A stretch of 64,000 nt of DNA from an uncultured Acidobacteriota bacterium. GTDB taxonomy: Bacteria; Acidobacteriota; Vicinamibacteria; Vicinamibacterales; SCN-69-37. Positions 1 to 9,423 of the stretch are shown in pieces. The translations under genes and the position numbers were made by a program. The stretch is from positions 3,316,614-3,380,613 of the forward strand of contig CAVXSP010000001.1 in the NCBI GenBank assembly GCA_963764505.1. The letters are read 5' to 3'. The notes under the pieces were generated by a model. It saw only the letters and a program-made list of their open reading frames with translations, was not told the DNA's origin and did not search any database. Each line of letters begins with the position of its first letter. Positions within the stretch are counted from its first letter, which is position 1.

Positions 1-223
1 TCCGTTCGCCGGCAGGCGTGTCATCGACGTCCTTCGTCGCATTATAAGGCATGCCGCTGTCCATTCGCGGGCGTCGCGACGCCTCAAATCGCCGCATGGA
101 CACCTGATCGGGCCCTTGACAAAGGCGGATTCGCCGCACCAGCAAGGCCTGAAGGCCGTTTTCAATTTTGCCGTAGTGCGCCGACGACCTTTGTCTGCCC
201 AGGGCGCGGCGCCGCGCGCCGGA

Positions 224-949
224 TTACAGGTTCGTCGCACGCACGACCGGCACGAGCCGTCCGGCTTCGAGGCGCAACGTGCGGTCGCAGGCAGTGGCGA
301 GCGTCGCGTTGTGCGTGACGATGATCGACGTCAGCCCGCGCTCGCGGTGCATCTGGCGCAGCAGCGCCTGCAGATCGTGCGCCGTGGCCTCGTCGAGGTT
401 CCCGGTCGGCTCGTCCGCCAGCAGCAGCGTCGGCTCGGCGACCAGCGCGCGCGCCAGCGCGACGCGCTGCTGTTCGCCCCCCGACAGCGCGCCCGGCCGA
501 TGCGTGAGACGCTCGGCCAGACCGACGCGGCCAAGCAGCAGCTCGGCGCGCCGGCGCCGCTCGCCGGCGGGACGGCCTCCGATCCGCAGCGGCATCTCGA
601 CATTCTCGAGCGCGGTGAACTCCGGAAGCAGATGGTGGAACTGGAACACGAACCCGACGTGCCGGTTGCGGAAGACGACGCGCTCCTCGTCGCTCATCTC
701 GTCGAGCGCGGCGTCCCCGATCCGCACGCGTCCGCGATCCCAGACGTCGAGACCGCCCAGGATGTGCAGGAGCGTGCTCTTCCCCACGCCGGAGGCCCCA
801 ATGATGGCCAGCATTTCTCCCGACCGGACCGCGAGCTCCACGCCGTGAAGCACTTCGAGGCGGCCGGTCGCGGTCAAATACGACTTCACGAGACCGGCGA
901 CTTCGACCAGCGGCCGGGTCACGGGCGAGGGCTGAACGGCTTCACTCAT
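224..949 (-). CDS. lolD: Lipoprotein-releasing ABC transporter ATP-binding protein (LolD-like)
   Basis: Within ORF 224..1066. Walker A GASGVGKST, ABC signature LSGGEQQR, Walker B LLLADEPT. Start taken at MSEAVQ (949), giving an ATGAGTGA overlap with the upstream permease stop. Confidence 0.85.
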   Translation of the reverse strand: MSEAVQPSPVTRPLVEVAGLVKSYLTATGRLEVLHGVELAVRSGEMLAIIGASGVGKSTLLHILGGLDVWDRGRVRIGDAALDEMSDEERVVFRNRHVGFVFQFHHLLPEFTALENVEMPLRIGGRPAGERRRRAELLLGRVGLAERLTHRPGALSGGEQQRVALARALVAEPTLLLADEPTGNLDEATAHDLQALLRQMHRERGLTSIIVTHNATLATACDRTLRLEAGRLVPVVRATNL

Positions 950-2171
950 TCCGGAGGGCTTCCGCCGGATCCAGCCGCCCGGCCTGGCGCGACGGATAGA
1001 GCGTGGCGAGGAAGCAGACCGCCACGGCGCCGACCACCACGACGGCCACGTCGAGCGGCAGCACACGAAACGGCAGATAGCTGATCTGGTAGATGTCCGC
1101 CGGCAGGCTGATCAGGCGGTAGCGGTTGGCAACGTGGCAGACGACCAGCCCCAGCACCGCGCCCGTCCCGGTGCCGAGCAACCCGATCGTGAGCCCCTGG
1201 AGCATGAAGATCCGTCGGATCGCCCGCGCCCGCGCGCCCATCGTCCGGAGGATGGCGATATCGCGGCTCTTCTCCATCACGAGAAGGACGAGCGAGGCGA
1301 CGATGTTGAGCGCCGCGACGAGCACGATCAGGCCAATCGTCAGCGAGATTGCCAGCTTCTCGAGCCCGAGCGCGGAGTACAGCGACCGGTTCAGATGCGC
1401 CCAGTCCTCGACCAGGTAGCCGCGCCCGAGCTCGCGCTGCAGGCGCTCCTTGAACACCGGCGCCTGGTTCATGTCCTGGAGCCGCAGCTCGATCAGATCG
1501 GGGCCTTCGCGTCCGAGCGCTCGGGCCGCCGTGGGCAGCGACACGAACGCGGACGCCTGGTCGAACTCGTAGAAGCCGAACTGGAACGTGCCGACGACGG
1601 TGAGGCTCGTCGGGATCGGCAGCGTGCCCCAGGGCGCGAGGGTGCCATGCGGCGTCACGAGGCTGACCGAATCGCCGCGGCCAACCCCCAGCTTGCTCGC
1701 GAGATCCACGCCGAGAATGACGCCCGGATGCTCGGCGGCGGCTCGGCCGGCGAGCGCCGAGACGCTTCCGGTCCGCATGGCGGCGTCGAGCTGGATGACC
1801 CGGCTCTCGCGCGCCGGGTCGATGCCCCAGACGTCGATCGGGACGGCCGGCGCGCCCGGCGCACTGAGCAGGCCCTGGCCCTGAACCGCCGGCGCGGCCC
1901 CCTGCACGCCCGCCATCGCCTCGAACCGCCGCACCTCCGTGTCTGCGTCGTCGAAGCCGCCCGTCGTCCGGTACACGTAGACGTGGGCGGTGTACCCGTT
2001 GATGTGCTCCTGCAGCTCCGTCTGCACGCCCGTCATCAGCCCGAGCGCGATGACGAGCGCCATCACCCCCACGCCGACCCCCGCGACCGACACGCCGGAG
2101 ATCAGCGAGATGAAGGCCTGCTTGCGGCGGGCCGTCAGGTAGCGGCGGGCGACGAACCACTCGAAGGACAC
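942..2171 (-). CDS. LolC/LolE-family lipoprotein-releasing system permease (FtsX-type)
   Basis: 409 aa. N-terminus FVARRYLTARRKQAFISLIS followed by a TM helix, a large periplasmic loop and three C-terminal TM helices, as is typical of LolC/E. Directly upstream of and overlapping lolD. Confidence 0.85.
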   Translation of the reverse strand: MSFEWFVARRYLTARRKQAFISLISGVSVAGVGVGVMALVIALGLMTGVQTELQEHINGYTAHVYVYRTTGGFDDADTEVRRFEAMAGVQGAAPAVQGQGLLSAPGAPAVPIDVWGIDPARESRVIQLDAAMRTGSVSALAGRAAAEHPGVILGVDLASKLGVGRGDSVSLVTPHGTLAPWGTLPIPTSLTVVGTFQFGFYEFDQASAFVSLPTAARALGREGPDLIELRLQDMNQAPVFKERLQRELGRGYLVEDWAHLNRSLYSALGLEKLAISLTIGLIVLVAALNIVASLVLLVMEKSRDIAILRTMGARARAIRRIFMLQGLTIGLLGTGTGAVLGLVVCHVANRYRLISLPADIYQISYLPFRVLPLDVAVVVVGAVAVCFLATLYPSRQAGRLDPAEALRNE

Positions 2172-3674
2172 CTAATCTCCCCTGGGTCTCATCAGCGGAA
2201 ACAGGATGACATCGCGAATCGACGCGCGGTTGGTGAGCAGCATCACCAGGCGATCGATGCCGACCCCTTCGCCGGCGGTCGGCGGCAGACCGTACTCCAG
2301 CGCGCGGACGTAGTCCTCGTCCATCTGATGCGCCTCGGCGTCCCCGCCGGCGCGCTCGGCCAGCTGCGCTTCGAATCGGCGACGCTGCTCGGCGGGATCG
2401 TTGAGCTCGCTGAAGCCGTTGGCGATCTCGAAGCCGCCGGCGTACAGCTCGAACCGCTCGACGGTGTCCGGATCGTCCGTCTTCTGCTTCGACAGCGGCG
2501 ACACATCGGTCGGGAAGTCGTAGACGAATGTCGGCTGGAAGAGGCGCGGCTCCCACAGCGCCTCGAACACCGCCGTCGCGATTCTGCCCGCGCTCGGCGC
2601 CTTCGAGACGTCCAGCTTCAGGGCGCGTGCCACCTGGCCCGCGTGCTCACGGTCACGCAAGTCCGCTTCGGTGACCGGGCGGCCCAATCGGGCCGTGGCC
2701 GCCTCGGCCGCGGCCCCCCGGAGCGAGAGGCGCGGGTAGGGAGCGGCGAAGGACAGACGCTGGCCGCCGAACTCGACCTCGAGGCTCCCCGTCGCCTCCC
2801 GGGCGATCTCCATCAGCATCTGCTCGGTCATCCGCATCAGGTGCTCGTAGTCGACGTACGCTTCGTAGAACTCGAGCATCGTGAATTCGGGGTTGTGCTG
2901 GGTCGAGATCCCCTCGTTCCGGAAGTTCCGGTTGATCTCGTAGACGCGCTCGAACCCGCCGACGGTCAGCCGCTTGAGATACAGCTCCGGCGCGATGCGG
3001 AGATACAGGTCGAGATCGAGGGCATTGTGGTGCGTCACGAACGGTCGGGCCAGCGCACCGCCGGCCATCGGCTGCATCATCGGCGTTTCGACTTCGAGGA
3101 AGGCCCGCGCGTCCAGGAACCGCCGGATGCCTGCGACCACGGCAGCGCGCGTCTCGAAGACCCGCCGGGAGTCGGGATTGACGATCAGATCCAGATATCG
3201 CTGCCGGTAGCGCGCCTCGACGTCGGTCAGCCCGTGCCACTTCTCGGGGAGCGGAAGGAGGCACTTGGCGAGCAGCTCCAGGCCGGCGACCCAGACCGTC
3301 AGCTCGTCCGTCTTGGTCCGGAACACGCGCCCCTGCAGGCCGACGAGGTCGCCGAGGTCGAGGAGCTTGAAGATCTGGAAGTCGCGATCCGGCATCGAAT
3401 CCGCGCGAACGTACCCCTGGATGCGCGCCTGCCCGTCGGAGAGGACCAGGAAATTCGCCTTGCCGAAGCTGCGGATGCCCAGAACGCGGCCGGCGATGCG
3501 CACCTCCGGTCGCGTCGCTTCGAGCGTTGCGGCCGGTGTGCCGTCGTGCTCGGCCACGAGCGCGGCGACGGTGGCAGTGCGGTCGAACCGGGTCGGATAC
3601 GGCGCCACGCCGAGCCGCACCAACTCCTGGAGCTTGGCCTGCCGCTGCGCGATCTGTTCAGCTTCGTTCGACAT
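2172..3674 (-). CDS. lysS: Lysine--tRNA ligase (class II)
   Basis: ORF 2172..3743. Real start taken at MSNEAEQIAQRQAKL (ATG 3674). Class II motifs FRNEGISTQHNPEFTMLEFYEAY and GIDRLVMLLT. Confidence 0.9.
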   Translation of the reverse strand: MSNEAEQIAQRQAKLQELVRLGVAPYPTRFDRTATVAALVAEHDGTPAATLEATRPEVRIAGRVLGIRSFGKANFLVLSDGQARIQGYVRADSMPDRDFQIFKLLDLGDLVGLQGRVFRTKTDELTVWVAGLELLAKCLLPLPEKWHGLTDVEARYRQRYLDLIVNPDSRRVFETRAAVVAGIRRFLDARAFLEVETPMMQPMAGGALARPFVTHHNALDLDLYLRIAPELYLKRLTVGGFERVYEINRNFRNEGISTQHNPEFTMLEFYEAYVDYEHLMRMTEQMLMEIAREATGSLEVEFGGQRLSFAAPYPRLSLRGAAAEAATARLGRPVTEADLRDREHAGQVARALKLDVSKAPSAGRIATAVFEALWEPRLFQPTFVYDFPTDVSPLSKQKTDDPDTVERFELYAGGFEIANGFSELNDPAEQRRRFEAQLAERAGGDAEAHQMDEDYVRALEYGLPPTAGEGVGIDRLVMLLTNRASIRDVILFPLMRPRGD

Positions 3675-3685
3675 GTGCGCTGTGG

Positions 3686-3724
3686 TTTTCCACAGGAGGG
3701 GGACGGGTCTCGATCTGTGGAAAA
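3686..3724. repeat. 39-nt palindromic element, single copy (TTTTCCACAG-N19-CTGTGGAAAA), 12 nt upstream of the lysS ATG
   Basis: ttttccacaggagggggacgggtctcgatctgtggaaaa. 38/39 identical to each arm core at 39100..39196. Confidence 0.85.
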
Positions 3725-3803
3725 CCCGCTCCCGTCCCTTCAATCAGACGATTGTAGGCCGAAGCTCGGCGCCCACCGCCGGGCCGCGCCGTCGCCCGCC
3801 CTG

Positions 3804-4244
3804 TCAATCGCCTCCCGGGGCGTGGGGCTCCGCCGCGTCGAGGGTCCGCCGAATCGCGTCGAGCACGCCGTTGACGTAACGGACCGACGCGTCGGTGCCG
3901 AAGGTGCGCGCCAGCTCGACGGCTTCGTTCAGCACGACCGCGGCCGGCGTGTCCGGCTCGTGCCGCAGCTCCCAGGCCGCCATCCGCAGGATCAGACGGT
4001 CGATCGTGGCCAGCCGGTCCAGCCGCCAGTTCGTGGAATGGGCGGTAATCAGCTCGTCGAGCGCGGCTGTCTCTGACACCGTTCCCCGGACGAGGCGCGA
4101 GGCGAATTCGCGAACGGCCGCGTCCGCCTCCGGCGCATGCTCGTCGAAGAACACCGTGATCGCGGCGTCGGGTGCCGCGCGACCGGCCTCACAGAAGTAC
4201 AGGATCCGGAGCGCCGCCTCGCGCGCCTGATGGCGCGGGCTCAT
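3804..4244 (-). CDS. nusB: Transcription antitermination factor NusB
   Basis: Start at MSPRHQAREAALRILY inside ORF 3804..4517. ATGA overlap with the ribH stop (4241). NusB-like ...RLDRLATIDRLILRMAAWEL... . Confidence 0.85.
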   Translation of the reverse strand: MSPRHQAREAALRILYFCEAGRAAPDAAITVFFDEHAPEADAAVREFASRLVRGTVSETAALDELITAHSTNWRLDRLATIDRLILRMAAWELRHEPDTPAAVVLNEAVELARTFGTDASVRYVNGVLDAIRRTLDAAEPHAPGGD

Positions 4245-4693
4245 CGCGCGCCCGGGCGGGCGCGCGCTGCCAGCCCCACGTACAGGCGCGCCATCTCGAC
4301 GGCGGCGCCAGCCGCTTCGCGTCCCTTGTTGGCCGCGCCCTCGCCCGCACGCGCCAGGGCCTCCTCCGCCGTGTTCGTGGTGAGCACGCCGAACGTGATC
4401 GGCACGCCCGTCGTCTGGGCGGCACGCAGGATCCCGTCGGCCGCGGCGTCGGCAATCACCTGGAAGTGCGGCGTCTCGCCCCGAATGAGGCATCCCAGGC
4501 ACACCACGGCGGCCCATTGGCCGGAGCCGGCGATCACGGCGGCGGCCTGCGCGAGCTCGTAGGCGCCCGGCACGGCGAAGGTCTCCACGTGCTCGTCGGC
4601 CAGCCCCGCTTCCCGCAGCGCGGCGCGCGCGCCGGCTTCCAGCCGATCCGTCACGAATGCGTGATAGCGCGACACCACCAGGGCAATCCGCAC
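4241..4693 (-). CDS. ribH: 6,7-dimethyl-8-ribityllumazine synthase
   Basis: 150 aa. RIALVVSRYHAFVTDRLEAGA...VPGAYELA...VCLGCLIRGETPHFQ typical of RibH. Classic ribH-nusB pairing. GTG start. Confidence 0.85.
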   Translation of the reverse strand: MRIALVVSRYHAFVTDRLEAGARAALREAGLADEHVETFAVPGAYELAQAAAVIAGSGQWAAVVCLGCLIRGETPHFQVIADAAADGILRAAQTTGVPITFGVLTTNTAEEALARAGEGAANKGREAAGAAVEMARLYVGLAARARPGAR

Positions 4694-4694
4694 G

Positions 4695-5477
4695 TCATCG
4701 ACCCCTGAAGACGGGAGCGCGCTTCTCCAAAAACGCCCGGGTGCCTTCGCGCATGTCCTCGGTCGATGCGGCGAGCCCGAACAACGACGCCTCGCAGGCC
4801 AGCCCGGCGTCGAGCGGCATGTCGAGCCCGCTCGACACGGCTGAAAGCAGGTATCCGACGGCCAGTGGAGGTTTGGCGGCGAAGGTCGCCGCCATCCGAC
4901 GCGCCGCCGCCATCAGGTCCGCCGCCGGAACGACCCGGTTGACCAGACCGATCCGGAACGCCTCGTGCGCATCGATGGGGGATCCCGTGAGGAGCAGCTC
5001 GAGCGCCCGGCCGCGACCGACGAGCCGCGGCAGCCGCTGCGATCCCCCGTAGCCGGGGATCAGCCCGAGGTCGATCTCCGGCTGCCCGAGGCGGGCGTGC
5101 TCGGCGGCGAGGCGGACGGTGCAGGCCATCGCCAGCTCGCACCCGCCGCCAAGCGCCAGGCCGTTGACGGCCGCGATGACCGGTTTGCGGAGCCGCTCGA
5201 TCCGATTGAAAGCCGCCTGGCCGCGGCGGGCCAGATCCTGCGCCTCAACCGCGCTCCGGCCGTCGAGCTCGTTGATGTCGGCGCCGGCCGCGAACGCTTT
5301 CTCCCCGGCGCCGGTGACGATCACCGCACGGATGGCCGCGTCGGCGTCCGCATCGTCGATCGCCCGGCCGAGCTCCTCGAGGGCTGCGGCATTGAGCGCG
5401 TTGAGCACGCGCGGCCGGTTGATGGTGATGACGAGCGCCGCGTCATCCCGTTCGACGAGCAGGTGCTCGTACGTCAT
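4695..5477 (-). CDS. Enoyl-CoA hydratase/isomerase (crotonase) family protein
   Basis: 260 aa. ITINRPRVLNALN...VIVTGAGEKAFAAGADI...AAVNGLALGGGCELAMACT crotonase fold motifs. Confidence 0.85.
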   Translation of the reverse strand: MTYEHLLVERDDAALVITINRPRVLNALNAAALEELGRAIDDADADAAIRAVIVTGAGEKAFAAGADINELDGRSAVEAQDLARRGQAAFNRIERLRKPVIAAVNGLALGGGCELAMACTVRLAAEHARLGQPEIDLGLIPGYGGSQRLPRLVGRGRALELLLTGSPIDAHEAFRIGLVNRVVPAADLMAAARRMAATFAAKPPLAVGYLLSAVSSGLDMPLDAGLACEASLFGLAASTEDMREGTRAFLEKRAPVFRGR

Positions 5478-5543
5478 GACAGGCGATTATATGTAACGGC
5501 CGGCCGTCGACGCGGAAGCGCGAGGCGGCCCGTCACCGGACGC

Positions 5544-5717
5544 TCAGGCGAAGATCCAGTACATCAGCCAGCCGAGCGCGTATCCGCCCAACACGAGGGC
5601 GCCGAAGATGCGGCCGACCAGGCGCAGCTGCTCGCGGCCCTCGTCCCGCATCAGCGTGCCGAAGACGGCGGCGACGCAGAGGGCGAACAGCGCCATGAGC
5701 CCGAGATGCGAGGTCAT
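5544..5717 (-). CDS. Small hypothetical membrane protein (57 aa)
   Basis: Hand-translated: MTSHLGLMALFALCVAAVFGTLMRDEGREQLRLVGRIFGALVLGGYALGWLMYWIFA. Two hydrophobic helices and high GC3. Below the ORF-track length cutoff. Confidence 0.35.
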   Translation of the reverse strand: MTSHLGLMALFALCVAAVFGTLMRDEGREQLRLVGRIFGALVLGGYALGWLMYWIFA

Positions 5718-5771
5718 CGGATCATTCGCAGGCCCGCGCGTCCTTGGCCTGCTGCGGGACGCCCGCGGCCG

Positions 5772-6191
5772 TCATCGGGCCCGTCGCCCCGTCGCGATGT
5801 CGTAGGTGTCGAGCACCACCAATGCGTTGAGGAGGCCGCTCACGATCAGAAAGGTGTTGCCGTACTCATAGCCCGGCGCCACCACGTCTCCGTAGCCGAA
5901 TCCGCCGACGAGCGCGGTCAGCCGCAGAAGGCCGACGGCCCACTGCGCGATCGCCGAGAGGAACACGAGGGGCTCCGACATCTGGAGCGGGAACAGCCGG
6001 CCGCCGAGCAGCAGCCCGACGATGTACATGAACGCCAGCGTGCCGAAGAAGACGAGCGCCTTGCGGTTCCAGCCGAGCATGAAATGGCCCGCGCCCGGCA
6101 CGAGCCAGGCAACCAGGCACACGAGTAAAGGATGTTGGGCTTCGGAGGCCGGAGCGGCCGCATCGCCCGGCCTCGAGCGCGCTGGCATCAC
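5772..6191 (-). CDS. Hypothetical integral membrane protein
   Basis: 139 aa with 3-4 predicted TM helices (LLVCLVAWLVPGAGHFMLGW..., VFFGTLAFMYIVGLLLGG...). GTGATG start a few nt after the restored stop of the upstream gene. Confidence 0.6.
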   Translation of the reverse strand: MMPARSRPGDAAAPASEAQHPLLVCLVAWLVPGAGHFMLGWNRKALVFFGTLAFMYIVGLLLGGRLFPLQMSEPLVFLSAIAQWAVGLLRLTALVGGFGYGDVVAPGYEYGNTFLIVSGLLNALVVLDTYDIATGRRAR

Positions 6192-6194
6192 GGG

Positions 6195-6690
6195 TCAGTG
6201 TACTCGATTCGATCCGCGGCGGCCGCGACGCGACGCCGACCAGGACCCACGCAATCGCGGCACCCAGCGGCAGGGCGGCGGCCGCGCGCGTGAGATTCGA
6301 GACCGCGGCCAGACCGGTCCATTCGAGGACGAGCGACGCCACGGTCGGAATCGCCGCGACTGCGAACAGCCCGCGGGCCCGCGCCGCGGTGGCGACGAGG
6401 CTTGCGCGGCGCGAGCGCCGATACGCCAGGAGCGCGCCGAACGGCGCCGCCAGATACAGCCCGCTGCACCGGCCGCACACCGGCCACTTGACGCCGTTGG
6501 TGAAGAACGATCGATCCGGGCGCTGATGACAGACCGGAGCAGCGGCCGCGTAGAGCACGTCGGTCCAGCTCGGTGCGGCGGCGTGCCCCTGCCTCGCCCA
6601 GACGGCCGCGCCGAGAAGGACGGGCCAGACGCACGCGGCCGCGACGAGCACCCGGGGGAGGGCGGCGACCGCACCGGCCCGTTTGTTCAC
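6195..6690 (-). pseudogene. DUF2085-like membrane protein, frame broken by a 1-nt insertion near the 3' end (possibly an assembly artefact)
   Basis: Frame of ORF 5866..7662. GTG start 6690 in a GTGA overlap with the upstream stop. Motif PVCHQRPDRSFF...WPVCGRCSG. As sequenced it has no stop until 5866 and runs through the next gene. Deleting one base of GATTC 6206-6210 gives ...PPRIDRVH-TGA (6195-6197). Confidence 0.6.
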
Positions 6691-7655
6691 AGCCTGAGCT
6701 CTCCGAAGTGCCGCCGGTACCGGGCCTCGAACTCGTCCCAGCGATACGCGTGGTTCGACCCGCCCAGGTGCTCCAGCGCGTAGGCGGCGGCGACCGAGCC
6801 GAGGCGCGCGCACGTGACGTGCGACGCGCCGCAGGCCAGTCCCTTCATGAACCCGCCGCGGTACGCGTCCCCGACGCCGGTCGGATCGGCAATCCGGACG
6901 GGCTCGACCGCGGCGACGTCGACGCGCGCCATCGTGCGGTCGAGGACGGTCGATCCGTGCTCCCCGCGCGTGACGATCAGCAGCCCGGCGTGCTCGAGTA
7001 TCGACGACTCGTCGAGCCCGGTCTTCTGACGGATCAGTTCCAGCTCGTAATCGTTGCAGATCACGATGGCGGCGCCCACGATACCGTCGCGCAGCTCGTC
7101 TCCGGACATGCGCGCGCACTGCTGGCCGGGGTCGAAGATGTACCGGATGCCGAGCGTCCGGCATTCCTCCGCATACTGCGTCATCGCCGCCGGGTCGTTC
7201 GGCGAGATGATCGCGAGGTCGACGGGCCCGACCGTGCGGAACGACAGCTCCGCCGCGTGAGCCATCGCCCCGGTATAGAAGGAGGCGATCTGGTTGTTCG
7301 CTTCGTCGGTGCTGCAGAAGAACGAGGCGGTGAACTTCCCGGGCACTTGTTTCACGAGCGACGTATCGACACCGGCCGCGTCGAGCCATTGCCGGTACTC
7401 GTGGAAGTCCTGCCCCGCCGTGCCCATGAGCACGGGCCGTTCGCCGAGCAGCGCGAGCGTATATGCGATGTTCGGCGCGCAGCCGCCCCGCCGCTTGTCC
7501 ATCGAGTCCACCAGGAAGCTCAGGCTCACGCGGGAGAAGTGCTCCGGCAGGAAATGCTCGGTGAACCGGCCCGGAAAGGACATCAAGTAGTCGTAGGCGA
7601 TGGATCCGGTGACGATCAGGCGCATGGAACGGCTCATGTGACGTCGACGAAGCAT
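6687..7655 (-). CDS. PfkB-family carbohydrate/nucleoside kinase (adenosine-kinase-like)
   Basis: 322 aa. GGCAPNIAY...TGAM...DPTGVGDAYRGGF (PfkB signature). Follows MTA phosphorylase. Start uncertain (ATG 7655, 7637 or 7625). Confidence 0.75.
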   Translation of the reverse strand: MLRRRHMSRSMRLIVTGSIAYDYLMSFPGRFTEHFLPEHFSRVSLSFLVDSMDKRRGGCAPNIAYTLALLGERPVLMGTAGQDFHEYRQWLDAAGVDTSLVKQVPGKFTASFFCSTDEANNQIASFYTGAMAHAAELSFRTVGPVDLAIISPNDPAAMTQYAEECRTLGIRYIFDPGQQCARMSGDELRDGIVGAAIVICNDYELELIRQKTGLDESSILEHAGLLIVTRGEHGSTVLDRTMARVDVAAVEPVRIADPTGVGDAYRGGFMKGLACGASHVTCARLGSVAAAYALEHLGGSNHAYRWDEFEARYRRHFGELRL

Positions 7656-7677
7656 GCGGCACGGACGGGCGGCCGCG

Positions 7678-8541
7678 TCAGCTCACGTATTTCCCGATGA
7701 TCGGCGCCAGCCGCTCCCTGGTTCCGGCCGGAATCGCCTCCTTGGCGGTGACGATCGCCGACGCCAGAGCGCGCGCGCACTCGCACGTCCGCTCGATTGG
7801 CAGCCGGGCGACCGCGTTCGCGATCACCTCCTGCGCCGTCCGAGCGTTCCGCAGCAGGTTGGCGACGACCATGTCGACCGTCACGGAGTCGTGATCCGAG
7901 TGCCAGCAGTCGTAGTCGGTCACGAGGGCGATTGTGGCATAGCAGATCTCGGCCTCGCGGGCCAGCTTGGCTTCCTGCAGGTTCGTCATGCCGATGACGT
8001 CGAACCCGGCGGCGCGGTAGAAGTTCGACTCCGCGATGGTGGAGAACTGCGGCCCCTCCATGCAGACGTACGTGCCGCCGCGGTGGACGGTCGCGCCCGC
8101 CTGCGACGCCGCCGCGAACGCCGCGTCGCTCAGACCCGGGCAGAACGGATGGGCGAACGCGATGTGCGCGACGATCCCGTCGCCGAAGAACGTGCTCGCC
8201 CGGCCGCGCGTGCGATCGAAGAACTGCGAGGGAATCACCAGATCGAGCGGTTTGAAGTCCTCGCGCAGGCTGCCCACGGCGCTCGCCGACAGGATCCACT
8301 CGGCGCCGAGCAGCTTGAACCCGAAGATGTTCGCGCGGAAGTTCAGCTCGGACGGCGTGTGCCGGTGCCCGGCGCCGTGGCGCGCGAGGAACGCGACACG
8401 CCGGCCACGCAGCGTGGCCAGCACGTAGGGGCCCGAGGGATCGCCGAACGGCGTCTTCACGACGCACTCCTCGCGGTCCGCCAGTTCGGCCATGTCGTAC
8501 AGGCCGGACCCTCCGATGATGCCGATTTGGACGTTGGACAT
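7678..8541 (-). CDS. mtnP: S-methyl-5'-thioadenosine phosphorylase
   Basis: Start at [15 protein letters not shown]. ...[22 protein letters not shown]...[31 protein letters not shown] typical of MTAP. Confidence 0.85.
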   Translation of the reverse strand: MSNVQIGIIGGSGLYDMAELADREECVVKTPFGDPSGPYVLATLRGRRVAFLARHGAGHRHTPSELNFRANIFGFKLLGAEWILSASAVGSLREDFKPLDLVIPSQFFDRTRGRASTFFGDGIVAHIAFAHPFCPGLSDAAFAAASQAGATVHRGGTYVCMEGPQFSTIAESNFYRAAGFDVIGMTNLQEAKLAREAEICYATIALVTDYDCWHSDHDSVTVDMVVANLLRNARTAQEVIANAVARLPIERTCECARALASAIVTAKEAIPAGTRERLAPIIGKYVS

Positions 8542-8583
8542 GGACACGACGGATGGACCACCTCGACTCGGCAACGGCGCCGC

Positions 8584-9423
8584 TCAGAATCCGGCGGGCG
8601 GCTCCGCGGCTCGCCGGCCGTCCTTCTCGCGAATCACGCCCGCCGCCACCGACGGATCGTGCTCGAAGAAGATAACGTACTCGCGCTCGATCGCCTCGCG
8701 CAGGAACGCGCGCTTGTACGCGAGCGTGTCCATCGGGTAGAGGTCGTAGCCCATGATCCACGGCAGGTCGAGATGCGTGGTCGTCGGCAGCAGATCGGCC
8801 GCGAACACGGCCGTGCGGCCGCCCGAGTCGATCCGGATGATCTGGTGGTGCATGGTGTGCCCCCCCGTCCGGCACACCCGCACGCCGGGCAGCGGCTCGA
8901 TGTCGTCGTCGTGCAGATCCAGGACGCCCGCCTCCTGCAGCGGCACGTAGTTCTGCGCCAGATAACTCGCCCGATTGCGCTCGTTCGGCTGCACGGCGTC
9001 CTCCCACTCGCCGCGGCGCACCAGATATCGGGCGTGCGGGAACCTGGGTCGCAGGCCGCCGCCATCGAGCACGGTGAACCCTCCCGAGTGGTCGAAGTGC
9101 AGGTGCGAGGCGATGACCAGATCGATGTCAGCGGCGCGCAGCCCCACTGCCGCCAGCGACGAGTCGAGGTTCTCGCGCCGGTCCAGGCCGTAGATGTCGG
9201 TCTCCTTCGCTCCCAACTTGTCGCCGGCGCCGGCGTCGATCAGCACGTTCCGCCCGCGTCCGCGCACGAGGAGCGGCCGCATCGCCATGAGAATGCGGTT
9301 GCGCGTGTCGGCGGGCGCACGCCGCTCCCAGAGCGGCTTCGGCACGACGCCGAACATCGCGCCGCCGTCGAGCCGAAAGTAGCCGTCGAAGAGCGGATGA
9401 AGCGTGTAGTCGCCGAACGTCAC
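8584..9423 (-). CDS. MBL-fold metallo-hydrolase
   Basis: 279 aa. IASHLHFDHSGG metal-binding motif. GTG start in a GTGA overlap with the upstream stop. Confidence 0.75.
   Translation of the reverse strand: MTFGDYTLHPLFDGYFRLDGGAMFGVVPKPLWERRAPADTRNRILMAMRPLLVRGRGRNVLIDAGAGDKLGAKETDIYGLDRRENLDSSLAAVGLRAADIDLVIASHLHFDHSGGFTVLDGGGLRPRFPHARYLVRRGEWEDAVQPNERNRASYLAQNYVPLQEAGVLDLHDDDIEPLPGVRVCRTGGHTMHHQIIRIDSGGRTAVFAADLLPTTTHLDLPWIMGYDLYPMDTLAYKRAFLREAIEREYVIFFEHDPSVAAGVIREKDGRRAAEPPAGF

Noticed and set aside
1-120. Possible start of a minus-strand gene at 24 (ATG ACA CGC CTG...; GAAGG RBS; TATAAT at 41-46), and a 17-codon plus-strand ORF at 51-104.
   Set aside because: Only 8 codons lie inside the window and there is no convincing -35 box. 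The plus-strand mini-ORF has no RBS. Too little sequence to support a feature.
128-132. Intergenic GATTC/GAATC sites (128-132, 19873-19877, 48824-48828, 53847-53851, 56088-56092) as further GATC insertion events.
   Set aside because: There is no reading frame or conserved structure to test them against, and GAWTC is expected to occur frequently by chance.
3675-3803. A lysine riboswitch or T-box leader upstream of lysS.
   Set aside because: The leader is only about 129 nt and is dominated by the palindromic repeat. No specifier-loop/T-box sequence or L-box helices are recognisable.
1134-4076. Very long ORFs on the opposite strand of clear genes, e.g. 1134..4076(+), 21311..24442(-), 27020..29248(+), 29615..32146(+), 46572..48758(-), 49584..52388(-), 40694..42820(+).
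   Set aside because: Their translations are Arg/Pro/Gly/Ala-rich with no motifs, and each lies antisense to a gene with unmistakable family signatures. These are the stop-poor shadow frames typical of GC-rich DNA.
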